A DNA stretch of 41,745 nucleotides from a virus. A model generated the notes under the pieces. The model ran no database searches. It was not told the DNA's origin and saw only the letters and a program-made list of their open reading frames with translations. A program made the translations under genes and the position numbers. The stretch covers positions 1-41,745 of IMG/VR virus record IMGVR_UViG_3300045988_173571; one strand, given 5' to 3'. Numbering within the stretch: position 1 is the stretch's first letter; each line of letters begins with the position of its first letter. Below, one piece after another: positions 13,901-22,935 of this stretch.

Positions 13901-16900
13901 ATGCCAGTATCGTTCTTGTGCTGGTAATTTTATGGATCGTACTTTTAGCTGTTTATTCACCTTCTCTATTTTCTTTTGTATATACAATTTATTTTTCAAT
14001 GCCTTTTGAGCCATAGCAGCAGAAATATACTGTGCTTCTTTTTCTTTCATGGCACGCTCCCAGTTACTAGCCTTTACAGCTTGTTTTACTCTGCGTGCAT
14101 GCATACTTTCATTCTTACGATAAAGAGCTACATTACAAGCTTCAAAAATAGTTTTGCCGTCCAAAGCACGCTCTGCCATTTCCTTGAACATTTTCAATTT
14201 ACCTTCATGGGCTTTTTCTATGGCTTCACGATTTATCTTTTGCTGTTTTGTTTCTTCTACAAATTGTTTAAAAGCTTCAGCTAAAGTTTCTTTTGTATTG
14301 CTATTAAACATTGCTTCAATTTTTCCTAAATCTTTGGCATTCCATTTAGTGCTAAATCTAAGCTTATTCAAAGCGTTCATCACATTTTTTACTCTAGCAT
14401 CTTCTTTATCTACTTTTAAATCTGTGTAATCATCAAGGGCATTTAATTTATCTTCTACATCTTGCATAGCAACTTGCGTTTTAGAGCCTATTTTATTTAT
14501 CAATTTTACTTTTTCATTAAATATCCTAGTTTCCATTGCCACAAGTTTACTTGTATACTTACTATCTTCCATAGCCTGCAAGATATTTTCTTCGGATAAA
14601 TGGCTTTCCATTAGTTCAGTATCTAAAGTTTTTTCATACTGCTTCATGTATTCATCAAGTGCAGTCTGTATAGGCTTAGTATTTTTTAGGGCCTGTTTAT
14701 ATTCTTCTACGCTACCAAACCAATTAAGAACTATATTTATATCTCCTGCTTCTTTATAAGCTTCTTGAGCTATATATACAGGTTGATTTTCTAATTCATT
14801 TAGTTTATAAGCTCGCTCTTTTTCTACACGTTCATCAAATTTTGCTTTGGCTTCAGCTTTTAAATCTTGCATTACTATCTTCATTAAATGCTCTTTGGCT
14901 TCTTCTGTAGCTTCCTTGTGCCAACGTTTATAAGTTTGTTCTTCCGTTTCATCAAGTAGCTTTTCACCGCCTGCCTTAGTGATATCTCTATATCTATCAT
15001 CTAATGCCATTTGATTTATTTCTTCTTCTGTAGCCACCATACGTTGCATTATGGCTTCTACTTTTGAGCTTGCTACTCCGCCAATAGAAGTAAATCCAAT
15101 ATAGATATCACGCAAGAATTTTTTAAACTTACGGAACACATCTTTTAAGCCTTTACTTGGTGCAGTTCCTTTTTGTAAATATAATTCAAATGCCCTTGCA
15201 AATCGTTCTTGTCGCCATGCTTCTTTTAATTCTTCCACTTTGGCTACATCACCAGCATTTTTAGCATTTATTATACTTTCATGACGTGCTTTAAATTCTT
15301 TGTACCATGGAGCATTTTTATATTCATCAATGGATTTTTCATTTTTCCAACTTGCCCAATCATTTACTATATCCAATTCTTTTTTAGATAATTCATCAAT
15401 CTTAGCAAGCTCATCTAAATCCATTAAAAACATATGTGCCATTTCATGTACAAAAGTTGATTCATCAGCAGATTTATACAGATTGATAACACGCTGACCA
15501 TTACTCAATAAAGTGATATCACCTTTTATATTGGCAGTAGTTTCATTTTTTATTTTTTGTACCTTTTTCTGTACTACTTTTTTATTTTTTTCTTCTACTT
15601 TTTCAGCAGTTTCTTGTATGATATTTACTTCTTTATTGGTTAATTTAGGTGCTTCTTTTTTTGCTGTTATAATTACTTTCCCATCACTGCTAACAATTGC
15701 ATTTTCATCATGAATAGTTGGTTTATTTAATAGATTATAATCTCCTCTACCTACTCTATTAGCAGTTTCCCTTGCTTCTTGTTCACCCCCTAAATTCATA
15801 TAAACTTCTATATCATCTATTTTTTGCAAGTCCCAATATAACTTTGCTTTTTCAAATTTTTCTAAATCAGCATTTTTTAATGCTTCAAGTTCACTTGTTC
15901 CCTCTTTTCTCAAGTTTTCACTTTGAGCTTTTGATTTCCAAAAAGCACTATTATATGCTTTTATTTCCTTCAATACTTCATCATAAAGTTGGTCTAAAAT
16001 TTCTTGCTTAGAATTTAAATTTCCGCCACCTGCAAACCCTTCTATTTTCTGAATTAAGTGTTGTATTTCATGTACGATATTAATTTTCATTTTATCTGTA
16101 TCTACATTCAATCTATCATTTATTACTATTACACTTAATTTTTTGCCATTAATATCTACATCTCTAGCACTAGCTTGATGTTCTATACTTTTACTTTTTT
16201 CTTTTAAGACTAATATATCTCTAAGTTGTGGATAGGCTTCATATAGTTTTTCATTCTTATAAATCTTATCTAATGAAATAGAATTTGTTTCATCAAAACT
16301 GTTTGCTAAAGTTATATTATTTATTTTTTCGAGAGGTTTCATATCAAATAATTTAGTATCATCAGGTATTTCAAATCTCCATTTATTATCTTTTCCTTTT
16401 ACCCAACCTGTATATTGCCAAATTACCTCATCAGTATATTCACCCTCTGCATCTAATTGCTTAGCTATTTTTAATTGTTCAATGTTTTTATTTAGTGCCT
16501 TTTCGCCTGCAAATTGTTTATATGTTCCTTTTCCTTTTACAGTATTTAGAGCAAATCTTTCATTGTAATAAGTCATGGCTGTGTAGTTTTCATTGCCATG
16601 TCTTCGCATTATGTCTGCCACTATATCTGCATGTCTAGCAAATAAAATAGCACTCATACGGCTTGCACGTTTTACTTTTCCGCCAGCATTTTGAAGTTGT
16701 TTTGATAGGCGATTATATACTGCATATCCGTCTTTAGTAAGTCCTTCAGCCAACCTCATTTCTACACCATTTAAATTGCTAAGCTGTGGTTTTATCTCAT
16801 CTAATACCTTCAAATTATTATCTATATCATCTAGTATATTTTTATTTTCAGCCAAAGCTTGCACAGCTTCAGGAGTTGTTGCTTGCCATGTTGGTATAGA

Positions 16901-19405
16901 TGGTGCTGTTTCATCTCCTACAGTTAATTTATAAGCCATATCTTCAATTTCTTTATCAGTCATGGCTCTGTTATGTTTAGCATAGAATTCCTGATACCAT
17001 GTATCATTTTGTTCTATGCTCTTTTTTATGGCATCTATTGCAGGCACTAAAATATTATTTCTTTCATTTATCTGGTCATCACGGACTTGTTTCCAACCTT
17101 TAGCTGGATTAGATACATTATTGTAAATTACAGCTTGTGCCATAGTCTGCTGTTCTTTTGTACCATTTGCAAATTGTTCTTGCATTATGGCATCTATCAG
17201 CATACGTTGCTTATCTGCTGTTTTTTGTATACTATCTTGCATTTCACTTGTTATAGTTTCAGCATTTTTTCTTAGCTTGCCGATTGGATCTGCTTCTTGA
17301 TTGAAAGTTACAGCACGCATGATATCGCTTGTAGTTTCCGCTTGAGCAAATTTCGCTGTAGGAATTGCAAGCGTTCCACCTATTTCAATAGCTGTTTTTA
17401 AATCTTCCTGCGTATATCCTGCTGTCTTTGCCAATGTTTCAAGGTCTTGCTTTCCTGTTTGACTTTCAAGTGCTGTAGGTATATCTACATAAGCCATTTC
17501 AAAACCTGTATTATCCAGTTGGCTACGCAACAATCTTTCTTGTACCTTTGGTGCTGTCTTTTTTAATTTGCTATTTCTAACAGCAGATTGTAATCTTTCT
17601 AACATCAGTGTACCTGCGAAAGTTTGTCTAGTGCTTTGCTCCAATTTAGCATTATTACTCATCAATCTTTTTAGATTGCGAGAAAATCCCAAAGACTCAT
17701 TGAAGCCACCTACTCCAGCAGATATCACACCAAAGCCAATAGCTCCTGGTAGTGCTTCGCCTGCACTCATCAAAGCACGCTGTGCAATCTCTGTAGCTGT
17801 ATATACTCTATTTGTAGTATCGCCAGTATCTTGCATTATTTGATTGTGTACCAAATCATCAGATATTGATTGCAAACCTTCTTCGCCACTTTCCGCCATA
17901 GATACCTTAGCTATTGCACTTGCTCTATTAGTGAAGAAAGATTTTATACCTTCTTTGGCTAGTGCTTGTTTTTGTGCTGTAGCGATAATTTCTTTTACAG
18001 TCTGCTTGGCTACGTTGCCTGTGAATGCGTCCTTGATTAAACCAAAATCTAGCATTTCAATACCAGCATTTAATGCACCTGCTACTACTGCATAATCTTG
18101 AGCTGCTTCATCTGAAAGTAGTGGCTTTCCATCTTCGCCTTTCAAGTCTTTGAATTCTGCATAATATCCGCCAGTTGCAGGCTTTGCCATACCTGCAAAC
18201 ATTCCATATCTTGCTAGATATCCACCTGTTAATCTTGCTCCTTGCATAGCTCCTTGTCTTATGGTATTTGTCCTTATAACATTTAAAATACCACCACCGA
18301 CTGCACCTGCTAAACTACCACCTACATTACCTATTACAGGAACAGCTGAACCTGCTAAAGCACCTGCTACCATACCTGCACTAGCACCTATAGCAAAATC
18401 ATCTATCATCTCGCCCATAGACTGTATCATCATTGGCATAGAGCCAGCCACTCCGCCTGCTATTACAGCAAATGGATTATCTAAAAATGCAGGTAGATTT
18501 GGTGCTTGTTCTAATTGTTTTTTTAATTCATCAATGCGAGCCTTATCTTCTTCCGTTGCCTGCCCTGTCATTAATTTATAATTTAAATTGCTATATTCAA
18601 GATGTTTATTTCCGTACTCCCACATTTTATTAAAAGAGTCAATGACTCCCTGCGTTTCTCTTACGCTATTAATATCATGTAGAGCTAGTGCAGCTGATTG
18701 TGCGTCCATACTAGCTATATTTTTTAATTCTGGAAATTCATTAAATACATCATTCATATCTCCGCCAAGTTCTTTTTTCTTCTTAGCGTAGTTATAAATC
18801 TCAATGGCTTCACGATATGCAGTAGTATCATTTAAAAACTCTTTGGCTTTTATGCCTGTTTCATTTTCAATCTCAATGGCTTTTTGAAGTTTTTCCTCAT
18901 CAGTCATCATGTAATTTACATAGGCATTGCTCTCTTGTATTCCCTGTGCTACATCTTGCAATATGCTTTCATTGTCATCACTATAGCGATTTACAATGGC
19001 ACGGCTTACTTGTTTTAATGGTGAATAAATAAGTTCTTGCCCTGCCTGTTGTAAATTTTCTACAGCTTTATTTTGAAAACTATAATCGCCTGTTTCATTT
19101 GCTTGATTAATATTTGCTGTAGTATATGCTCCAGTAATATTTCTTTGCTCATCTAAAAAATTATGATAAGCATTGTTGATATCACTAGCTGTATTTACTA
19201 CTAAATCTATCCCTTGCCCTGCTGTTTGCAGTGCGTCCTGTGCAATTTCTGTAGACTCTTGGGCTACTTGTCTATTTATATCAGATTGATTTGTTACTAC
19301 TTCGCCAATCTGTTCAAATATGGATTTTTCTTCTTCAGGTGGCTGTTGCTTTTCTGCTACCTTTTTATTTACTAAATCACTAAATTTATTTACGTCTAAA
19401 GCCAT
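10934..19405 (-). CDS. Giant (2,823 aa) internal virion / DNA-ejection protein with polyvalent-protein features and two zincin HExxH motifs
   Basis: Single uninterrupted ORF with RBS taggagt. HEIQH at residue 1112 (nt 16058-16072) and HEMAH at residue 1320 (nt 15434-15448). Gly/Ala-rich hydrophobic segments around residues 310-385. Occupies the T7 gp16 position. Confidence 0.9.
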   Translation of the reverse strand: MALDVNKFSDLVNKKVAEKQQPPEEEKSIFEQIGEVVTNQSDINRQVAQESTEIAQDALQTAGQGIDLVVNTASDINNAYHNFLDEQRNITGAYTTANINQANETGDYSFQNKAVENLQQAGQELIYSPLKQVSRAIVNRYSDDNESILQDVAQGIQESNAYVNYMMTDEEKLQKAIEIENETGIKAKEFLNDTTAYREAIEIYNYAKKKKELGGDMNDVFNEFPELKNIASMDAQSAALALHDINSVRETQGVIDSFNKMWEYGNKHLEYSNLNYKLMTGQATEEDKARIDELKKQLEQAPNLPAFLDNPFAVIAGGVAGSMPMMIQSMGEMIDDFAIGASAGMVAGALAGSAVPVIGNVGGSLAGAVGGGILNVIRTNTIRQGAMQGARLTGGYLARYGMFAGMAKPATGGYYAEFKDLKGEDGKPLLSDEAAQDYAVVAGALNAGIEMLDFGLIKDAFTGNVAKQTVKEIIATAQKQALAKEGIKSFFTNRASAIAKVSMAESGEEGLQSISDDLVHNQIMQDTGDTTNRVYTATEIAQRALMSAGEALPGAIGFGVISAGVGGFNESLGFSRNLKRLMSNNAKLEQSTRQTFAGTLMLERLQSAVRNSKLKKTAPKVQERLLRSQLDNTGFEMAYVDIPTALESQTGKQDLETLAKTAGYTQEDLKTAIEIGGTLAIPTAKFAQAETTSDIMRAVTFNQEADPIGKLRKNAETITSEMQDSIQKTADKQRMLIDAIMQEQFANGTKEQQTMAQAVIYNNVSNPAKGWKQVRDDQINERNNILVPAIDAIKKSIEQNDTWYQEFYAKHNRAMTDKEIEDMAYKLTVGDETAPSIPTWQATTPEAVQALAENKNILDDIDNNLKVLDEIKPQLSNLNGVEMRLAEGLTKDGYAVYNRLSKQLQNAGGKVKRASRMSAILFARHADIVADIMRRHGNENYTAMTYYNERFALNTVKGKGTYKQFAGEKALNKNIEQLKIAKQLDAEGEYTDEVIWQYTGWVKGKDNKWRFEIPDDTKLFDMKPLEKINNITLANSFDETNSISLDKIYKNEKLYEAYPQLRDILVLKEKSKSIEHQASARDVDINGKKLSVIVINDRLNVDTDKMKINIVHEIQHLIQKIEGFAGGGNLNSKQEILDQLYDEVLKEIKAYNSAFWKSKAQSENLRKEGTSELEALKNADLEKFEKAKLYWDLQKIDDIEVYMNLGGEQEARETANRVGRGDYNLLNKPTIHDENAIVSSDGKVIITAKKEAPKLTNKEVNIIQETAEKVEEKNKKVVQKKVQKIKNETTANIKGDITLLSNGQRVINLYKSADESTFVHEMAHMFLMDLDELAKIDELSKKELDIVNDWASWKNEKSIDEYKNAPWYKEFKARHESIINAKNAGDVAKVEELKEAWRQERFARAFELYLQKGTAPSKGLKDVFRKFKKFLRDIYIGFTSIGGVASSKVEAIMQRMVATEEEINQMALDDRYRDITKAGGEKLLDETEEQTYKRWHKEATEEAKEHLMKIVMQDLKAEAKAKFDERVEKERAYKLNELENQPVYIAQEAYKEAGDINIVLNWFGSVEEYKQALKNTKPIQTALDEYMKQYEKTLDTELMESHLSEENILQAMEDSKYTSKLVAMETRIFNEKVKLINKIGSKTQVAMQDVEDKLNALDDYTDLKVDKEDARVKNVMNALNKLRFSTKWNAKDLGKIEAMFNSNTKETLAEAFKQFVEETKQQKINREAIEKAHEGKLKMFKEMAERALDGKTIFEACNVALYRKNESMHARRVKQAVKASNWERAMKEKEAQYISAAMAQKALKNKLYIQKKIEKVNKQLKVRSIKLPAQERYWHKHLAYILGITNKDANPPVDGITPLADLFKGLQDSLDLEYTPTDILEITSRSDFSGYQSMTIAQFEDAVEALDILYTTGRDKFKLKTIQGKSIDDAINEIILDDTAYNRSMVINKKINPDKGGLGYNDLVDKIPLIGDAMARGGAKYLSSMMKPEEIINILGTKAHKYLYETYERASNLEAEMMTKNVYKIKEILKDYSHSEKLSWKKQQYKLEFEDGTVENLSKENIICMALNLGNDINRSRLAVGFGLTEEYLKEFVEKHMTKKDWQMVQDIWNHLHSFWKDTVRVEQELNGVTLKPQQPTPFDVKLPDGEILHLEGGYYPIVANPLKSNRANEQEVNEAVRRTMSGAQVLGTGRGFTKARSQANIDRALLLEFSVIPDHLSNVIHNITHRIPARDVYRLVKNKQFEEYVNRTMGKEIYQVLDEWAVDNWRVIPEASNNKTVQKVSKMLSYLRTNSTFAIMGYRLYPIIENMTNIAPMMDKLGAMKSLVAIADYYTNISKYQEVLHKSIFMKNRLNHMDRDIKYIPGLFDEDRLVTGFLKEHAYTLMTYSDLMFSAPLWCRSYKDAYAKKLNEVKKENEANVEKLQNAQAKVSTIRARIMDLQQNALKSNFDVQGTNINQVGDFKTFVNTREELNQLQKDLYMAEVELDNASELRFLTDKEILAEAESRSIAEADKSIREVFGSGQTKDLASIQKGGELLKLFTPFYTFFNTQANAILQAYYKGKFMKPTTMGENITRWLPVARSFLYRIVLTSALSTMLRMALLGDGNDDKHKYEKVKNAEGTEEKIEIPAMQRFLTQFGKNTLSTMAGTMWGVRDIASFFINESFEGTDYGRGIGFSNVALAGGEKITALYKLLDKKAEKDLEIADKEAKWQAEYMKAGAKKRKTMLEDKQYQKPPKRITYADIAKATGEIGTTFFAARTGITSTMANSVFTTMQYIADGDGRYDTNLKNIIWSALFNKKPVERVIPEKPKQPKKKGKSKNVRRY

Positions 19406-19414
19406 ATTTTACTC

Positions 19415-21670
19415 CTATTCATAATACGAATTATCTATTGTAGAAATATAATAATTCGCTGTATATTCTGATGCTCCTGAAGCCATTAACATTTCTTTTA
19501 TATCATCTGGCGTTTCACCATTATCAAGAAGTGTAGTAATATTACTTATAACCTTTTTATTATTTAAGTCTGCTCCACCTATTGCATAACCATTTTCAAT
19601 AAGTCTTGCACTAGCTTCATTTCCAGCTATAATCTGCTCTGCTGTTAAATCTTCTCCCATTTGTAAACGCAATTGATTTACAGATAAAGTATGCTGGTCT
19701 TTTGTTGGATTATACGCTTTACCGCTTCCAGTTCCTTTTGCCTGTCCTGTAGCTACATTGATATTGTATTTATCACCAGCAATTTTTAATAAATTATCAT
19801 GTTCTGTCCATGATATATTTTTATTTTCCGCCTCTGTATCCAACATCTGCTTAGTAGCAATATAACTTCCAGTAGCACCTTTTCTTATACTTTCTTCTAA
19901 GCCTGTAACATAACTATTATGCTGTTGATTTTTTATAGCAGTTTCTTCTTTATATTTGCCTTCAATTATGCTCATTATGTCTAATTGCTTTTGCATATCG
20001 TAGCCTGATACTTGCCTACCTGTTACACCAGTTTTAATAATTCTCTGCGGTGTCAGTCCTTCTATGTTGTAGTTATCGCCATGCATGGTGATATTATTTG
20101 AGCTACTATTTCCATAATATCCGCCATTGCCGTCATAGATTACTACATGAGAATCACTGCCCTGTGATGGGCTAGAGTAGACAATCAAATCACCTTTTTT
20201 AAGATTATTTGCGTCAAAGTCTGTTACTTGAATTCCAGCACTTCTAGCATTTTCAACTAGCGTAGGTACATAGACTACACCTTTATCAAACTCTTGTTTT
20301 AAGAATGGGCTATACATAGAGCCTGCTTTTGTTACATATTCAGCACAGCCATTTTTGCCATTATCCATGGTTTGATTTAGCCATGCATTAGCACCTGCGT
20401 CTACCATATCACTTGTTATACCGCTAGATTTTTTACGGCTATTGGCGATATTATCAATATCTACAGCATACTGATTTGGATTACTTGTGAAATATCCGCC
20501 ATTATACATAATATTTGCGTATTCTGTAGCAGTAGATGCGTTTTGCCAACCTTTATATCTATCTTGCATTAATGTATCAGCATAGGCTTGTACAAAATCA
20601 TCATCACTTGCAAACGGCCCATTAGTAAGCCCTGCATAATTATGGTCTTCTATAGCATAGCGAGATTTACCATGGTCAGACTCTAAGCTCATTTGTCCAT
20701 AGATAAAATCTGGATTACCGCCAGTTATCTTCGTTACTCTCAAAGCTAAATCATATAAATGGTCATATGGTGCGTCATTTTCATAACGTACTGCATTTCT
20801 ACCATATTTATTTTCTACATTCTTTCTACTAGCTTCTAAATCTATATTTCCGTCTTTATCTCGTACAATCAGATTATCTGCTTCAATGTACATATCATTT
20901 ACTTCTTTTTTCTTTTTAATGCTATTTACAAGCTTGCCATATGTTCCTTGGTCCATATCTTTTCTATAATTATTGGCAATCTCCAAAGCTCTATCATCAG
21001 CATTATCATTTAGGGCTGATTGCACTGCACTTGCTACTATTTGCGTTATCATCTTTTGTCTATTGGCTTCAAATATAGCTCCTGTCCAGCCTTTAGTTTT
21101 TCCTCTAGTGATTAAATCTCTTTCTGTATCACGTATGATATTTGTTACCATATTTTGTACGCTATAAGTGTTGCCTGCTAATATTGCTTTATTAGAGAGT
21201 AGTGCGTCCCAATTTGCATTATCTGTGGCTTCTTTTTGTTCTCGTTCCTGCCCCATAGCAATTCTTTGAAAGTTATTTATATTATCCGTGATGCTATTTT
21301 TCAAGCGATAAGCCACTCTAGGATTTTGCATTTTGATTACTTCATCTGTAGTTTTCTGTATCGCTTGATTTACTCTATCCGTTAATCCTTGTGCATTTTG
21401 CCCTACTCCTGTAGTAAGCAAGCCATTTTCTGAATTATATAGTTGGTCTGTCAGGCTAGATATGATTTTATTTTTAGCATCTAATACTGCTGTAGCATCT
21501 TCATCATCACGCTGTTGTGCTAGGACTTTGTTTACCTGTCCTAGTGCCGAAGCCATATCACCATAATTATTACCCTTACCGCCATAAGCGTTTATATCTG
21601 TAGTTACTTGTCTTGATGGGCCACTAATCACACTAGGATTTACAGCCTGACGATATGTCGTTATCTTCAT
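19415..21670 (-). CDS. Internal virion protein with two peptidoglycan hydrolase domains (glucosaminidase-like and CHAP/NlpC-P60-like)
   Basis: 751 aa. YGQMSLESDHGKSRYAIEDHNYAGL fits the glucosaminidase pattern. NGKNGCAEYV...SHVVIYDGNGGYYGNSS fits a Cys/His amidase-peptidase pattern. Confidence 0.8.
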   Translation of the reverse strand: MKITTYRQAVNPSVISGPSRQVTTDINAYGGKGNNYGDMASALGQVNKVLAQQRDDEDATAVLDAKNKIISSLTDQLYNSENGLLTTGVGQNAQGLTDRVNQAIQKTTDEVIKMQNPRVAYRLKNSITDNINNFQRIAMGQEREQKEATDNANWDALLSNKAILAGNTYSVQNMVTNIIRDTERDLITRGKTKGWTGAIFEANRQKMITQIVASAVQSALNDNADDRALEIANNYRKDMDQGTYGKLVNSIKKKKEVNDMYIEADNLIVRDKDGNIDLEASRKNVENKYGRNAVRYENDAPYDHLYDLALRVTKITGGNPDFIYGQMSLESDHGKSRYAIEDHNYAGLTNGPFASDDDFVQAYADTLMQDRYKGWQNASTATEYANIMYNGGYFTSNPNQYAVDIDNIANSRKKSSGITSDMVDAGANAWLNQTMDNGKNGCAEYVTKAGSMYSPFLKQEFDKGVVYVPTLVENARSAGIQVTDFDANNLKKGDLIVYSSPSQGSDSHVVIYDGNGGYYGNSSSNNITMHGDNYNIEGLTPQRIIKTGVTGRQVSGYDMQKQLDIMSIIEGKYKEETAIKNQQHNSYVTGLEESIRKGATGSYIATKQMLDTEAENKNISWTEHDNLLKIAGDKYNINVATGQAKGTGSGKAYNPTKDQHTLSVNQLRLQMGEDLTAEQIIAGNEASARLIENGYAIGGADLNNKKVISNITTLLDNGETPDDIKEMLMASGASEYTANYYISTIDNSYYE

Positions 21671-21673
21671 TTT

Positions 21674-22426
21674 TTACCACCCCATAAGATTTAAATTCTG
21701 ATTGAATAATTTATTCTTCTTATTATTAAAAGCAGTATTTCCGCCAAAATAATTTACTGTAGCACTTGTTTGCGGTGTCATGCCTGTTTGATTTGTACCA
21801 GAATAATAATCTATTGCCATGTTTGTTCCTGCACCAGCTGTATTTGATTTACCAGTATAATAATTTATCGCCATGTTCGTTCCTGCACTGGTAATAGCTC
21901 CTACAGCATTACTGCCACTACTTGCTTTTTTCCATGGTTGTTCTATGCCATAGATACTAGCAGCAGTCCCCAAAAGTGTCGGAAGCCATGAACTTTTTGC
22001 TTGGCTTTTTACATTTGAAGCTGATGCTCGCATAGCGTTTGCCTGATTTAGATAATTTGTCTGTGCTACACGGCTTGCATAATTATCATTTCTTTGATTA
22101 TTCAATAAATTAACTTGGTCTTGATTGTATGCTTCTAGTCCGCTAGATAATATATCCATAGAGCTTCCGCTAAAATCTAAACCTGATGCACCTGTTTGAG
22201 CTCTTTGGGCTCCTTCAGATAAACGCTGTCTTGCTCTTAAGCGTCTAGCTTCTTGAGCATAATTATCTGCAATCTGCTCTTGTTTTCTAGCTTCTACTCT
22301 TGCATTTTGTTCAGCTACTTGTGCTTGTGCATTATAAGCTTGTGCTTGTGCGTCTGCTATTTGTCTATTTTGTCTATAGCCTAAATATCCACCAAGAGCT
22401 GTAAGTCCTGCCATTACACTACACAT
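21674..22426 (-). CDS. Putative internal virion/ejection protein (N-terminal TM, Ala/Gln coiled region)
   Basis: 250 aa. Lies in the T7 gp14 position between the nozzle and the large ejection proteins. Confidence 0.55.
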   Translation of the reverse strand: MCSVMAGLTALGGYLGYRQNRQIADAQAQAYNAQAQVAEQNARVEARKQEQIADNYAQEARRLRARQRLSEGAQRAQTGASGLDFSGSSMDILSSGLEAYNQDQVNLLNNQRNDNYASRVAQTNYLNQANAMRASASNVKSQAKSSWLPTLLGTAASIYGIEQPWKKASSGSNAVGAITSAGTNMAINYYTGKSNTAGAGTNMAIDYYSGTNQTGMTPQTSATVNYFGGNTAFNNKKNKLFNQNLNLMGW

Positions 22427-22455
22427 AAAAACACTCCCTTTCTTTTAAACTTTAT

Positions 22456-22935
22456 TTATAAAACGAATTTCATAAAATATTTATCATCTTCACCGACTGG
22501 AAATGGTTCAGAAAAAGTTGCACCTAGATATTTTAGCCATGCAATAGCTTTTTTATTATCTACAGATACACAGTTGTACATTGTTCCATATTGTTTTTTC
22601 CAGTTACCTAATATATGTTTACTCATCTTCACAAAGCTTTTTTTATACTTCATTAGTTCATTTGTGCCTACACACCATATTAAATATCCTTCAACACCTT
22701 TGATTTTAGTTACACCATAGATACATAATGGTTTATCATCTGGGCTTAATACTTTTATAGCTACACTACTATTCATTAAACTTTCTTCTAGTTCTTTATG
22801 GATATCATTTCTTAGAGCAGATATTTCTTCAATATCTGCTTTTCTCATATCTTTCAAAAATTCATTCAAGAATTTTTCTTCATGTTTTTTACATCGTAAA
22901 AAATTAAAATTATTGACTACTGCCAAGGGTAACAC
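22456..22935 (-). CDS. Hypothetical protein in the position of T7 gp13-like assembly/internal protein; start uncertain
   Basis: The 159-aa ORF opens with GTG and overlaps the upstream gene by 26 nt. The first ATG is at codon 30. Confidence 0.45.
   Translation of the reverse strand: MLPLAVVNNFNFLRCKKHEEKFLNEFLKDMRKADIEEISALRNDIHKELEESLMNSSVAIKVLSPDDKPLCIYGVTKIKGVEGYLIWCVGTNELMKYKKSFVKMSKHILGNWKKQYGTMYNCVSVDNKKAIAWLKYLGATFSEPFPVGEDDKYFMKFVL

Noticed and set aside
10910-18791. Many plus-strand ORFs of 60-130 aa inside the giant gene (for example 10910..11308, 17568..17843, 18261..18581).
   Set aside because: They are antisense shadows of a long minus-strand ORF. They have low-complexity hydrophobic translations, no RBS and no start-site context.
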